A stretch of DNA of 64,000 nt, taken from NCBI GenBank assembly GCA_030704615.1, contig CM060732.1:21328001-21392000 (forward strand). Reading direction: 5' to 3'. The translations under genes and the position numbers were made by a program. How positions within the stretch are numbered: the stretch's first letter is position 1; each line of letters starts with the position of its first letter. Source of the DNA: Takakia lepidozioides (Eukaryota; Plantae; Bryophyta). Of the stretch, positions 12,940 to 25,440 are shown piece by piece. The notes below the pieces were generated by a model. That model saw nothing but the letters and a program-made list of their open reading frames with translations. It was not told the DNA's origin and searched no databases.

Positions 12940-14728
12940 GTTTGACCACTTCAGAGCCATTTGGATGGGGAACGGTTTGACCACTTCAGAGCCATTTGGA
13001 TGGGGAACGATTCGTTCGCTACTTGAACCACTTTTGCTTGATCTCATACTTGTCCAGGACCTCTCATATGAACCCTATTCGAACCCTACAACATATTGGT
13101 CAAGTTTGAAAACAACATGAAATCATTTTGATGGGGAACATTTTGTTCGCCCTTTGAATCAATTTTGATTGATCCTATACTTGTCGACGACCTGTCAAAG
13201 GGTATGTATAACATACTAGTAAGATAAAATCATTTAGATGGGGAACGGTTTGTTCCACCTTTAAATCAATTTTGATTCATGATGTCATACATGTCTAGCA
13301 CTTGTCAGATGGTATGTTGAACATAATGGCGAAGGTTGAAAACAACCAATAATCATTTGGATAGGAAATGATTCGTTCGCTACTTGAACCACTTTTGTTT
13401 GATCTCATACTTGACTAGGACCTCTCATATGAACCCTAGAACATATTGCCCAAGTTTGGAAACAATATAAAAATCATTTGGATGGGGATCATTTCGTTTG
13501 CCCTTTGAATCAATTTTGATTGATCATATACTTGTCCAAGACATGTCAAAGTATATAGAACATACTAGCAAACTTGTTTGAAAAGAAGATAAAATCATTT
13601 AAATAGGAACGGTTTGTTCCTTTAAATTAATTTTGATTCATGTCATACCTGTCCAACACATGTCAGCTGGTATGTAGAACATAATGGCAAAGTTTGAAAA
13701 CAACCAAAAATCATTTGGATGGGAAACGATTCATTCGCCACCTGAACCACTTCTGATTGATCCGGTATTTGTCCCAGACCTGTCATATGAACCCTAGAAC
13801 ATATTGGCCAAGTTTGGAAACAACATGAAATCATTTGGATGGGGAACATTTCGTTCGCCCTTTGAATCAATTTTGATTATGGGGAACGGTTTGTTCCAAC
13901 TTTAAATCCATTTTGATTCATGTCATACCTGTCCAACACTTGTCAGATAGTATGTAGAACATAATGACATACAAACAAAAATCATTTGATGGTGAACAAT
14001 TCGTTTGGCACTTGAACCATTTCTGATTGATTTTGTACTTGTCCAGGACCTATCATATGATATGTTGAACATATTGGCCAAGTTTGAAAAGAACATAAAA
14101 TCATTTGGACGGGGAACATTTTGTTTGCCATTTGAATCAATTTTGATTGATCCCATACTTGTCTAGGACCTGTCAAAAGGTATGGAGAATATACTACCAA
14201 AGTCTGAAAAGAAGAAAAAATCATTTACATAGAAAACGGTTTGTTCCACCTTTTAAATCAATTTTGATTTAAGTCATATTTGTCCAGTACCCATCAGATG
14301 GTATGTATAACATAATGGCAAAGTTTAAAAACAACCAAAAATCATTTGGATGGGGAACGATTTGTTCGCCATTTGAACCACTTCTGATTGATCTCGTACT
14401 TGTCCAAGACTTGTTTATATGATATGTAGAACATATTGGCCAAGTTTGAAAACAACATAAACTCATTTGGATGGGAACAATTTGTTCGCCCTTTGAATCA
14501 ATTTGATTGATCCCATACTGGTCCAAGACCTGTCAAAGGGTATGTAGAACATACTAGCAAAGTCTGAAAAGAAGATAAAATTATTTAAATGAGGAACGGT
14601 TTGTTCCACCTTTAAATCAATTTTGATTCATGTCATACTTGTCCAGCACCTGTCAGATGGTATATAGAACATACTGGCAAAGTTTGAAAACAACCAAAAA
14701 TCTTTTGGATCATGGGGAACGATTCGAT
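12940..14728. repeat. Satellite array: ~120-bp monomers in ~360-bp three-monomer higher-order units
   Basis: AATCATTT(GGATGGGGAAC) recurs about every 120 bp (~13121, 13228, 13351, 13472, 13593, 13709, 13829, 13980, 14099, 14219, 14340, 14461, 14579, 14699), with three variants cycling. Confidence 0.9.
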
Positions 14729-15563
14729 TTGAGTTTATTTATAAATTACACATTGACACTTTCTCGTCCAATCAAAAATCTTAAGAGCTATTATAAGTTA
14801 CTCAATGCATTTTACACATCCATGTAAAGGCTTCCTCTAGTTATAATACTTTGTCTATATGACATAACCCTTTTGTATTTTGTATAATAGTTGGGGTGCC
14901 ATCATTTTTTCATGAATTATGTTTGGTGTGAAATATTCAATGAATCTACAAGTGAACTAGTTGTTCTACTCAATTAGTTTTTTCTGCAATCATTTTTCTC
15001 TGAAGTTTGTAATGGTTATGAGAATGGTTATATACCAAACAATGTTATCATACCCTAGTAAAATGGAGATGTCCACCTTCCAAATGAAAAGTAGTAGTCT
15101 TTTGGGATGAAGGGACACCATAAGCTGTCCTTACTTTGACAAGAGTCTTGCTTCTTTTGTAGTAGTAACATGAGAGTGTTCTAATTGAGATAAAGATAAG
15201 GATCATAATGAATGTTCGGGCTTTACATTATTTCAAGCAGTGCCGATAATGAATTGGTTGCTAATGTTTTGGTAAAGTGGAGAGAGCAATATTTAAAACA
15301 TGTAGATGTATCTTGTTGAAAGGGGTATTTTTAATCACGTTGTGAATTACAGAGGGGAAGGAAAATTATTAGAGTAATTTACATGAAGGATTATTCTAAC
15401 AACCTGTTTATTAAAATAATACATAGATAGTGATTTGAAATTTAAGACAGATACATCCATACAGAACATTTTTTTATTCACAGAAGGTATATTACATGGT
15501 ATTCTTTAAATCCCCAATGTTCGCACTTGGTAGTGGACATTTACAAAGAGTGACTCCCCAAAG

Positions 15564-15993
15564 GGGATACAGAATGGGAGTGCAAGCTACTACAAACTGC
15601 TCTCCTTATCAAGAGAGCCAAGGTTGGGAATTGACAATAGGCTGCTTTGCTGGAACCAGCAAAGCAGGATGACTGCCCTGTGGCCATAACAAAGATGATG
15701 AGAGATAAGGTTGTTTTCTTGTCTCAGCTTCATGACAAGGTAAAAGCCAATGTGGCCTAAGGGCCAGAGGCAGCAGGCTCGCAACTATGAAATGAAACAT
15801 TCTGGTCACAAGTACGAGGAGCTGACCCCTGGGAATATAGTCATGATGATCAGACCAGGGAAGCAAGGTGCTATGATCAGCCCATGGGAGGGCCCTTATT
15901 CTTTCACAGGTGACAAAGATCGTGAGAAACAGACACCTGCCAGAGAGTCTGAACGCAAGTGCATGCTGAAAGATGGATCTGGCAAGACCTTCA
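15564..15993 (+). mobile_element. Ty3/Gypsy integrase pseudogene, 3' half (GPY/F region)
   Basis: Continues GY-RMGVQATTNCSPYQ...GNIVMMIRPGKQGAMISPWEGPYSF and joins exactly onto the 8400-8811 fragment. Confidence 0.75.
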
Positions 15994-17542
15994 CAGCTTG
16001 AGTGATGGCAGAGACGAGAAAGAAAGAAGAAAAATAGAACTTTTAATGTTCGAAGGGACGGGAGGAGATTCCCGAAGTTGAACTGGAGAGAGAGAGAGAG
16101 GATGGCAACAAGAGAAAACGAGACATATGCAAAGCTGGAGCTGATGGATTGCAACCATGAACAACAATCCCAAGTTTTGTATGTGAGGGCACTTGGTTCC
16201 CTTTGCACTTCTCGCTTTTGGTGTTGTACGGCGTTTACACTTGGGGTTTTGAATGGTACTTCTGCAAACAAACCACGATAAAATCGCTGAGGCACCTACA
16301 TTGCTGGGAGACAGGTTCTTCCCAGGTGTCTATTTAGGACATATTTCCATGCATGATTTCATGTATCCCTATGTGCCACTAGAGATGCCTTGCATTTGGG
16401 AGGAAGTGAGAGGTCCTTCTAGGGTGTGAGGCAGGCCACCAGATTGCCAGGTACAGACCTCCGAGTTCGGGGGAGGGTGCTGGTGATATTTTCAGATCTA
16501 CGCTTTCTTCACCAAACATTACAAGACAGTTCTTGGTGACTTGTTTGTGAGATTGGGGAGGCCAAGTAGGAAATCTCCAGTTCTGGTCTCGTTCATTTGA
16601 TGCAACAATTCTCCAGGATGTCAATGACTTTGGGAAGAGCTAGACACCCTCATAATCTCCTTGGTAATTGTGCGCAGCTTCAGAAGAGATTGTTGCAGCA
16701 GGTGCCAGGGATTGGAAGGCAGCAGTGGCCAAGTATTTGGACAAGGTGCACATGCACCTGAGTCAACAGCATCCTGGGTCCGCTTATTCCTTCACTTCGG
16801 TTGGCAGCGACAAAATGGCAAGTCGTCCATGTATGTTCAATTCATCAAGCAGCTCTTGGTAGTCAGAAAGAGGACTCCATACTGATACTCTCCTAATAGG
16901 GTTGGGATGGGTTCCTCTTACATGGGTACTCTCCCTTGCTTCTTCATATCTGTGCCTTAATAGTCAGTTTAGGGGTGCTCTGGAGATGAATTGAAAATTG
17001 ATCCTTGTCCACTGATGATATGCAGCTTGTATGCTCTATAATGGACGAGGAGACTGGTTTGCAACATGCTGTGGAGTTGAGGCTGGAGAAGTCCCCAACG
17101 TCTGGGCATGTTGCATTTGAGATGTTTGGCCTCTTGATGGATACCACCACCAAACAAAATGTAAGTATTCTGGAGTCTTGGGTTCTGTAACAAGCTATTG
17201 GATATTCTTCAGCATAGCAATCTTAGAGTTGTGAGACTCTCAAAATGCAATAAGTAATCAAAACCTCAAGAGTATTATGCCACATCCAATTGCTGGATGA
17301 CAAGATGTGCTGCAACACACGAATCCATCTCTCTATGCACTTAGGTCTGGCCACATTCGATACTCATCATCATGGTTTCTAGTGTGATGCCAAAGCCAAC
17401 CCTTAGAGGATCACTCAATTAACTGCCATCAAGTTAATTGTCAGCTGTACAGGAGCACTCTGGAGACTCCAGGTTTATCTTAAAACCGCATCACTCATAC
17501 GAATCCATCTCTCTATGCACTTAGGTCTGGCCATGTTCGATA

Positions 17543-17938
17543 TGTTGGAAACTAGACCTGTCCTCTACCTCCTAGAGATATTGACAGATAGCTTCTAGCA
17601 CAAGCAGCAGTACAAAAACTGACAGCCTAAACCAACCAAAGAGTTAGTACTAACAAGAAGTGTCAGTCCTAACAAGAATTCTCCTTACTGCAAAAAAAAA
17701 GCTTACAAAAGTAGATGCTGGACTTCTCCTCCTCCTCTCTCTGCAATCTACTAGGATAGCACATCCAAAATGCTAGAAGAAGTGCTGGGCATTGCCTCAG
17801 CCTTTTCCTTAAATCCTACATGGGTTCTCTAGAAACTTCTAGTGGAAACGTGGGCTGGAACCTTCTGGTAGAACTATCCCTAGCCGTCAAAAACCCTAAC
17901 AGAACCCTAGCTAACTAAATCTGAGCTGACTTCTAACA
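17543..17938 (-). repeat. Copia 3' LTR (396 bp)
   Basis: TGTTGG...CTAACA termini; first 12 bp repeated at 20400. Confidence 0.85.
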
Positions 17939-17945
17939 CTCCCAC

Positions 17946-19737
17946 TCAGCAAGGATTGAGGCTTAACCCAATCAGTTCCATGCATCTAGAATGCTTTTCT
18001 TTGGATAGAGCCTTTGTGAGTGCATCAGCTGCCATGTCCTCAGTCCTACAGAAAACCAACTCAATCTCCAAACCAATCATTTCTCTAATGAAATGATGTT
18101 TGATATCTATGTGCTTGGTCCGGGCATGAAGAACAGGATTCTTGCTCAGCTCAATGCTGCTCCTGTTATCAGCATGCACTTTCGTTGGCTGTTCTTGACT
18201 GAAGCCAAGTTCACGAAGAAGCCTTCGAATCCAAATGGCTTCTTTAGCTGCATGAGTCAGAGCCATATACTCTGACCCAGTCGAGGATAGTGCAGTGGTC
18301 TGCTGTCTTTTGCTGCTCCAGCTCACAGCACCTCCACTCATTACAAAGCAGTAGGCAGATATGGATCTCCTCTCATCTGTGTCTCCTGCCCAATCTGCAT
18401 CACTGTATCCTTCTAGTGATGCTCCAGTGTCCTGCTTGTTGTAAGTTAGACATGTATCCGCAGTCCCTTTCAAATATCTAATCACCCTCTTGAGTGCTTT
18501 CCAATGCTGAGGTCCTGGGTTGTGCATGAACTTACTGAGCACTCCCACTGCATAGGCAATGTCTGGCCTGGTGCCAATCATTGCATACATCAGAGATCCC
18601 ATGGCTTGCTGATATGGAACCTTAGCCATTTCCTCAATCTCACTTGGAGATTTTGGCTCCATCTCCTTACTCAGCTTGCAGCCGGTTTCCAATGGTGTTG
18701 GTGCTGGTTTGCAGTCCTGCATACCAAACTTCGCAACAACATTCCTGACATACCTCTCTTGGCTCAACTTTATAGTTCTCGCCTGGAATCTGAATTCCAA
18801 GTAGGTAGTTCACGGCTCCAAGATCAACCATCTCAAAGGTTTCACTCAAATCATGCTTCTGCCTGCGCATGGTGTCCTTGTTGTCGCTGATCAGTAGCAG
18901 GTCATCCACATAGAGTGCTATTATCACGACACCTGATGTCATGTAGTAAATGCTCTGATCAGCTGTACTCCTTTCAAAACCTTGGCCTGCCAAGTAGCTA
19001 TTGATCTTCTCATACCCTGTCCTCGATGCCTGTTTGAGTCCATATAACGATTTCTTGAGCCGACACACCTTATCACCTTCTTGGAAGCCTTCTGGTTGTT
19101 TCATGTAGATCTCCTCCTGGAGATCCCCATTCAAGAATGCAGTCTTCACGTCCATGTGTTCTATCTCCCAGTCATGCTTCGCTGCCAATCCCAGCAGACA
19201 TCGGATGGAGGTGAACTTTGCCACCGGGGCAAAGGTTTCATTGTAGTCGAGCCCTGCAGTCTGTGTGAAGCCTCTGGCCACAAGTCTGGCCTTGTACTTC
19301 ACTACCTCATTGTTGGGTCCTCTTTTCACTTTGAAAACCCACTTGCAATCTACCGCCTTTCTACCACCAGGCAGTGTTACCAGCTCCCAAGTCTGGTTTT
19401 TTTTCAGAGATTTCATCTCCTCTAGCACAGCTCCCTCCCACTCATTGGCATCATCCCTTGCCAAAGCGTCTTTGAGGGTGGCTGTCTCCTCTGCATCATC
19501 AAGGGCATGGAAACAACTTTCCATCTGCCCTATATCCATAGTCAGACCAGTCAGTCCTTCTGCCACATTAGCTCCAAACCTTTCTGGGGGTTTGCTGATC
19601 CTTCCTGACCTTCTAGGCCCCCCATCCTTGTCAATAGGATCCTGATCTTCAGAATCTTCATCCTCTTCTGGTTTCTTTGCCACCTTCTCCCTTCGAGTGT
19701 AGACCTTTAGTACTGGTTGTTCCCTTTCTTCTCCCAC
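17946..19737 (-). pseudogene. Copia reverse transcriptase + RNase H, one frameshift near 18795
   Basis: KYKARLVARGF, MDVKTAFLNG, LKKSLYGLKQA, LYVDDLL; YSDADWAGD, RTKHIDIKHHFIRE, ADALTKAL. Confidence 0.93.
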
Positions 19738-19738
19738 A

Positions 19739-20395
19739 TCAGGGATTTGTCACAGGAACGAAGATCCTTGGGCTTTGTCTCTTTCCCAAAACTATCAGGG
19801 CATTGTCCATACTTGAGCTACCCCTAGTCAGCTTGCTTTCTTCCATGATAAGTTGTGAAGTGACATACTTCCAACTCAGTCTACTCTTACCATGAGTAGC
19901 CAATGCGGTTTCCACCATGTCATAACTCTTTGGCAAGGTGCCAAACAAGGTCATGATCTGAAGTGATTCAGTCATGGGTTCTCCTGCATCAATTATCTCC
20001 AGACACATGGCTTTAACAGTGGCAATGTGAACGGCTACACTCTCACCTTCTCTCATTCTCAAGTCCATGAGCTGTTTCCATAGGACATATGCTTTCCCCA
20101 TCGCATCTGTCTCATACACCTCACATAAGCTCTGCCAGACCTCATGAGCAAATGTAAGATTCCTTACCAACACTACCAGATTTGATCTCATGTTTGTGAC
20201 CAGAGCTGCCATTGCAAGCTCATTCTCTTGGATCCATGTGGCCTCCTTCAAGTTATCCTCTGAAGGCTTTTTAGTCACTATTGACCACAGGCCCTTGGAA
20301 GAGAGCAGGAGCTTCATCATGTAGATCCAACTCTTATAGTTGTTGCCATCAAGTGGCTCAACTGTCCAAGTAGTTGTAACGTCTCGTGGGCCCAT
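19739..20395 (-). pseudogene. Copia gag (UBN2-type)
   Basis: LDGNNYKSW...LLSSKGLW...AHEVWQSLCEVYE...LFGTLPKSYD. Confidence 0.85.
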
Positions 20396-20411
20396 AACCT
20401 GTTGGAAACTA

Positions 20412-21990
20412 AATGCTTATGCGACAGGTGAACTATCACATTTCCTCCCACATGGAGATGGAAGGGAAACTGTGCGAAGTATTAGAAGGTCAGATAACTG
20501 TGTAAGTCCCTTGTAGGTTCGATGCCAGCGTTGCTAGAGTTATTCCATTCATCTCCATTTGCTGGACATTTTGGTGTTGAAAAGACTGAAAAGGTTGCAG
20601 GAACAATACCATTATAAAGGGTTGGTTAAAGAGAAATGAAATGAAATGAAATGGTGCTTTATAACGTCCGCGGAAAGCTCATAGAGCTTATGGGACAAAA
20701 TGGAAGAAAACATGAGAGGAACAAATCCATTCAAGCACTCTCCTTGGCCATAGCATCTGTCTTAGAGCCTATTCCAGCCCCCTACACCTGCTGTTTCAAG
20801 AGTTGCGCTCCCTTCAAGCTTGAAGTTGAAACCCCAACTCACATAGGCCCTACAAGTGCTTTTCTTTCACTCCAAGTGGAAACCAGCCCTAGACCTTCCG
20901 TTCTAGCTCTCTAAAGCTTGAAAACAAGAGCCTCAATGGGCTGAAGGCATGCTCCACACATGCCCCACTCTCACCATAAGAGAATCAGCTCCTTTGCTTC
21001 ATTTCTTGCACCCACAAACCTGAAAATACAAGCTTCAGTAGGCTGAAAGCATGCTCCACATGCCTTACAGGGAAACCAGCCCCTTCCTTCCTTTCTTGCA
21101 CTCCCACACCTGAAAGTACAAGCCTTCACCAGGCTGATAGCATGCTCCACACATGCATTGCCCTCACATAAGGGAAGTCAGCCCTTCCATTTTCCTTGCT
21201 TGCCCTCCAAGCTTGAAGATGGAAGCTTCAATGAGCTGAATACATGCTCCACACATGCAACCTCTTCACACAAGAGATATCAGCCCCCTATCTTGGCTCC
21301 TTGGCTCCTTGGCTCCTTGATGCTCTCTAAGACAAGACTAAGCACTCCACAACCTTTGCCAAGCTCCTGAAACCCTAAGGCTTACATTTCCAGCCACAAG
21401 ACACTTCTCTTGTGGTGCAAGAGCTCTTCTTCCAAGCTCTGAAACCCTAGGTGCACATTCCATGGCCTTGCTGCACCTCTTAGCTCCTATTCCAGCCCTG
21501 CTCTTGCCATGACAAGAGCCCTCTATTGAAACCCAATCTCACCATACTCCACAAAGTGCACTGATTTGCCCCAAGCCAAATTAGCCCTTTTCGCTTGGTC
21601 TTGCAATCCTTCACACAATGAAAGCTCGCATTCCCAAGTCCAGTTCTCAGCTTTGCCACCAAAGCCACTATAACCTGCTCTTGACTGGTCTTCTTCCCAA
21701 TCGTGCTTGCTCATGCATGTACACAATCTGAAACCATCAAGGTGCTCTGGAATTACTTGCAGCATGGTGCTTTCATCTCTGAAGCTGAAGATCGAATGCC
21801 AAGGTCTACCACCTCGTAACCCACATCGCCTCCGCTTCTAACAACCAAGAGCTCCACGGTGCTCCTTGCATAACAACTTGGTTTCTCTAAAAGCTAGCTA
21901 TTTCCTAGCTAGTTTCACACTAGTGGTAAAATAACTTGACAACTGATTTGTCACATAAATCTTCTGTACTCAAACATGCTCTCAAGTTCT
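20412..21990. repeat. Repeat-derived, LTR-like segment with internal ~95-bp subrepeats
   Basis: CATGCTCCACA at ~20949, 21050, 21141 and 21243. 20631-20730 resembles 60370-60470 (GAAATGAAATGAAATGGTRCTTTATAAYGTCC...GCTTATGGGA). Confidence 0.5.
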
Positions 21991-22529
21991 CGAGCTTAGA
22001 ATGCAAGCTTACAATTTCGTCAACATGTTGTGCAAAGTACATCATACCAAAGCCGTAATATTTGTCGACCAAGTCCTTCACCTTTGCGGCCGTTTAAAAG
22101 CAGTTTCCAGAAGGTCACTCGTCAACCCCAACCTAGGATGCATTTGGGAAACTGATGTGCTCCGCTTCCTTATATCGTTGTGGGCCAAAATTCTCAGCAG
22201 GAGTGGTGGTGCTCCAACCTTTGGTTTGTTGAGTTTTCCATTTGGCTAATCAAACCTTCCATAATTAATCCTCAAGCTATGTAATGCCAACAATTGGTTC
22301 CTCCTTCATTTCATCATCATGTGAGTCTTGGCTGTCCTGATGAACTTGGGTAAGTCTCCGACCTTTGTTTTTTTTCTGCTTTGGCATGTCAGGATGCCCA
22401 ATGTTCTCCAGATATGCCTTCACTTGATTCAATTCCTCCATCATTAACGGACTGCCCACCAGCTGGGCTGAAAATGCCCTGTGGGCAGTGACAACACTTT
22501 CCATGTCAGCGTTTCTAAGAAAATGTCGA

Positions 22530-22815
22530 CCACCCTGCGCAATACAACGTGAGGGATTACACCATATAGGTGAAAGACAAACAGAGGGTGACACAGAAGA
22601 AGGGTTACACGGAAGGTGGGTTACACGGAAGAGAGATTTACATAAAGGTTACACGGCACAGGTGGGTTACACGGCAGAGGGATTTACATAGGGTTTACAC
22701 ACGGAGGGTTACACATATGAAGGCTTTATGAAGGGGGGTTACGCAGTGTCACAATGAGGGATAACACCGCACGGGAGAGATGAGAGGATGACACAGACGT
22801 AGGGTTACACGGAGG
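22530..22815 (+). repeat. GGGTTACA(C) motif array
   Basis: Repeated (G)GGTTACAC / GATTTACA cores with variable spacers. Confidence 0.7.
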
Positions 22816-22914
22816 TAGACAACAGCACGAAATATGAACAACAGCCAAATGGTAGGGGAAGCTATCTTACAGGATTGTCCGTCGATAAAACCCACTTTGA
22901 TTTGGCAGCTGACA

Positions 22915-23372
22915 CTCCACTCCTCAATCTCTGCTTCATGTCCTCGCCTGAACTCGTGGTAATCGTCCATAGGCGGGTCTTCCAAATGTTGGAACAGTCC
23001 CTTCCACGCCATGAATGGGGTGAATAGCTGTGGATTGCGCATCTGCTGCAAATCACACCAGCTGTCGAACTCCTGGATAAAGTCATCCAACTCGATTGTG
23101 CCCACAGCTCCAGAGTACCTACGAGGCCCCTTGGTAGCTCCATACATCTCCTCCATGTCGTCCCACAACAATGGCGAATGAAAGTGCACACCTGTTGATG
23201 AAGCCTCCGAGTCTGTGTCTGACTCTACAGTAATTGAGGGTGGCGGTGAAGGTGGTCTGAACCGAATACCTCGTCTTGTGAACCCACTCTCACTGTTACT
23301 GCCTGTAGCCGTACTCCCCTCAAAACCTTTGGGTAACTCCGTAATGACACTCACAATGTGCACCTCCTCCAC
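22915..23372 (-). pseudogene. Retrotransposon gag-like N-terminal fragment
   Basis: GPRRYSGAVGTIELDDFIQEFDSWCD...LFQHLEDPPMDDYHEF resembles the P-x-x-(F/Y)-x-G...W capsid start of Gypsy gag. Confidence 0.5.
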
Positions 23373-23811
23373 GTAACACTATAAGGCTCTAGTACTAATC
23401 TAATAGTGACATGGGTGGGCACCTGTTGCAGTTTAAGGGTCATATCCCAATGGCTCAGGGCACCTGCACCTGCATCCACCGCAAGAACTCATATGGTTGG
23501 CTCATCCTGCATAACAAATTTTTCGAAAGCGGGCCAAAACCCCTTATCATTGAGCCCCGGAAAATAGAACTGAGGTGCAAGGCCATGCAGTAGCAGAAGG
23601 ATTGAGCCTGGAGTTTACTTTTCATGTTGAACCACGAGCTCCGGTTTCCAATGTTGATTTTCTTTGTAATAGGGACAGGTAAAGGCGGGCTCAATCGCCG
23701 CTTGTCTCTCTCATTTGTAACATGCCAAACAGAGGAACCAGAAACAGAAACAACAAGAGCAGCAGAAGCGGGAATCGATACAGAAGTAGTAGAATAAGGT
23801 ACAACAATAGG

Positions 23812-24535
23812 TGTCGCGCACCTCACTTCGGTAAGCTCCTTTTGAAGTCATAGTTACTCGCTTTGATGCGCGCGCCTGACTCCCAACCTGGCCGCCGGGC
23901 CAACTTGGAGCTTCGGCTGCTCACCGAGACATAACGGTCCCCCTTCGCTTCCCCGAAAGACCCTCCACCTATTTGGGCCTAGTGGAATTCCCTTTGGTAG
24001 ATGGCAGTCCGGAACAGCTCCCCACTCTTTGGTCGCTTTCCGGCTCGCTCGCTTACTCACTAGTTTTTGGTCACCAACGGGCTTGCACCGTTCTCGGGGT
24101 TACTACTCCCTATATATACTTCTGTAGCTATCCGCGGGGGTTCCACAAACAGCCATGCCATTTTATGGTGAACCACCACGAAGACCCTTGATTCCCGGTG
24201 GTGAGTCGCGGTGAGTCTTGGCCCACTCACCGCGGCCCCAATGGACCGTGATGAGTCCCAAGACTCCCCACGACTCCCACCTCGAGGTCTCCACCCCATG
24301 GTGAGTCCTATGCCACCCCTACTAAGTCCCGCTAAGCTACTACCACCCCTTGTGGAGCCACCCCCACCGCAACCCGGTGTGCGGGGCTCCGCCTAGTGAG
24401 CGCCTCCGCCTCCTTGAGTGCCTTGGGCACTCAAGGGTGCTTCAGCCCCCGTATCTATCGTTGCTACTGCCCCCACCACAGGGGCAGCCCCTTCTGTGTC
24501 CCGACCCCCTGCCCTCAAGGCAAAGGGCCGCGACA
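23812..24535 (-). repeat. Chromovirus 3' LTR
   Basis: About 15 substitutions versus the 5' LTR by manual count. Confidence 0.96.
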
Positions 24536-25440
24536 CACACCCCTACCAACAGGGAGTCGATGTCCTCATCGACTTGTCCATTTTGTAGAAACGAACATCC
24601 AAGTTGTGGCGTCCCACATCAAGGAGTTTGTTTCCGCACCATGGCCTCCCATGACAAAGAACCAAACCCCACACTTGACTCTACTCTCCACTAGCTAGTT
24701 CGGCCGACTTCCTCCAAGTCCCGGCCAAGGGTGGAGCCTCTCCAGCTCCTCCCAGTGCACTCTTCTTGGCCTACTTCAAGGCCAAGGAACGATCCTCCCC
24801 GAGGATCGAATCGCCTTATTGCAATAACATTGCTTGCGATCGCTCATGATGCCGCTTTTGGCATCACCTTGAGCAAGGGTTCACCTGGAACCCTCTTTGA
24901 CTAGGAAGATAACCTTGAACCAATCGTGCGCCCCAATCACTACAATTGGGTCCGCCTTGGAATGCTGGCCTGAGGTACGGGAACACGCCGAAGCCGCACT
25001 ACGACTTCATCCCGAGGCTACACAATTATAGTACGTGAACGGAAGCACGTAGCTTCCGCGTTAGCCCACACTACAAGGCAACCCCCTCGGTAGCGCAATT
25101 ATAGTACGCGCACGCGCCAGGTGCGCACTAGCACGTGAACTCCCAAAGAAGGCGCAAGTTGCCTTGCCCCTTGGATGGGGGTCACCCGATTTCGGCACTA
25201 CGCAAACACACGATTAACCCAATTTACCTCTCCCACTTTTGTAAGCTAGCATGCATTCTACACACTAGCCAACTATACCATGCATCACCATTCCAAACAA
25301 AATAGGACGCACAACATTTGGAAGCCATTTCATTTATAGCAAGTTTTGTACAATACAAGTTTTTGCAATCGGATTCCTGAGCTAGCTAAACCGGGCTAAG
25401 CATGCATTTCCTCCCCCACGCTCCAAGGTTGATGTCCCCA

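Larger units (their letters stand above)
8812..15563. mobile_element. ~6.75 kb putative DNA transposon (imperfect TIRs) inserted in the integrase
   Basis: GGGATAC duplicated at 8805-8811 and 15564-15570. Ends share inverted GGGG(A/G)GTCACTC...AAATGT. No intact transposase seen. Confidence 0.65.
17543..20411 (-). mobile_element. Ty1/Copia retrotransposon, internally deleted (no protease/integrase), 5' LTR truncated
   Basis: 3' LTR 17543-17938 (TG..CA) preceded by PPT GAGTGGGAG. PBS GGTTATGGGCCC at 20388-20399. Only 12 bp (TGTTGGAAACTA) of the 5' LTR remain, at 20400-20411. Gag, RT and RNase H ORFs are present. Confidence 0.93.

Noticed and set aside
12940-14728. CRISPR-like array or repeat-protein ORFs
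   Set aside because: The sequence between cores is itself repetitive, there are no cas genes, the context is eukaryotic, and the ORFs are by-products of the satellite.
16100-17540. Degenerate plus-strand gene downstream of the integrase
   Set aside because: Many stops and no recognisable family; only a 43-bp direct repeat (17320/17500) is certain.
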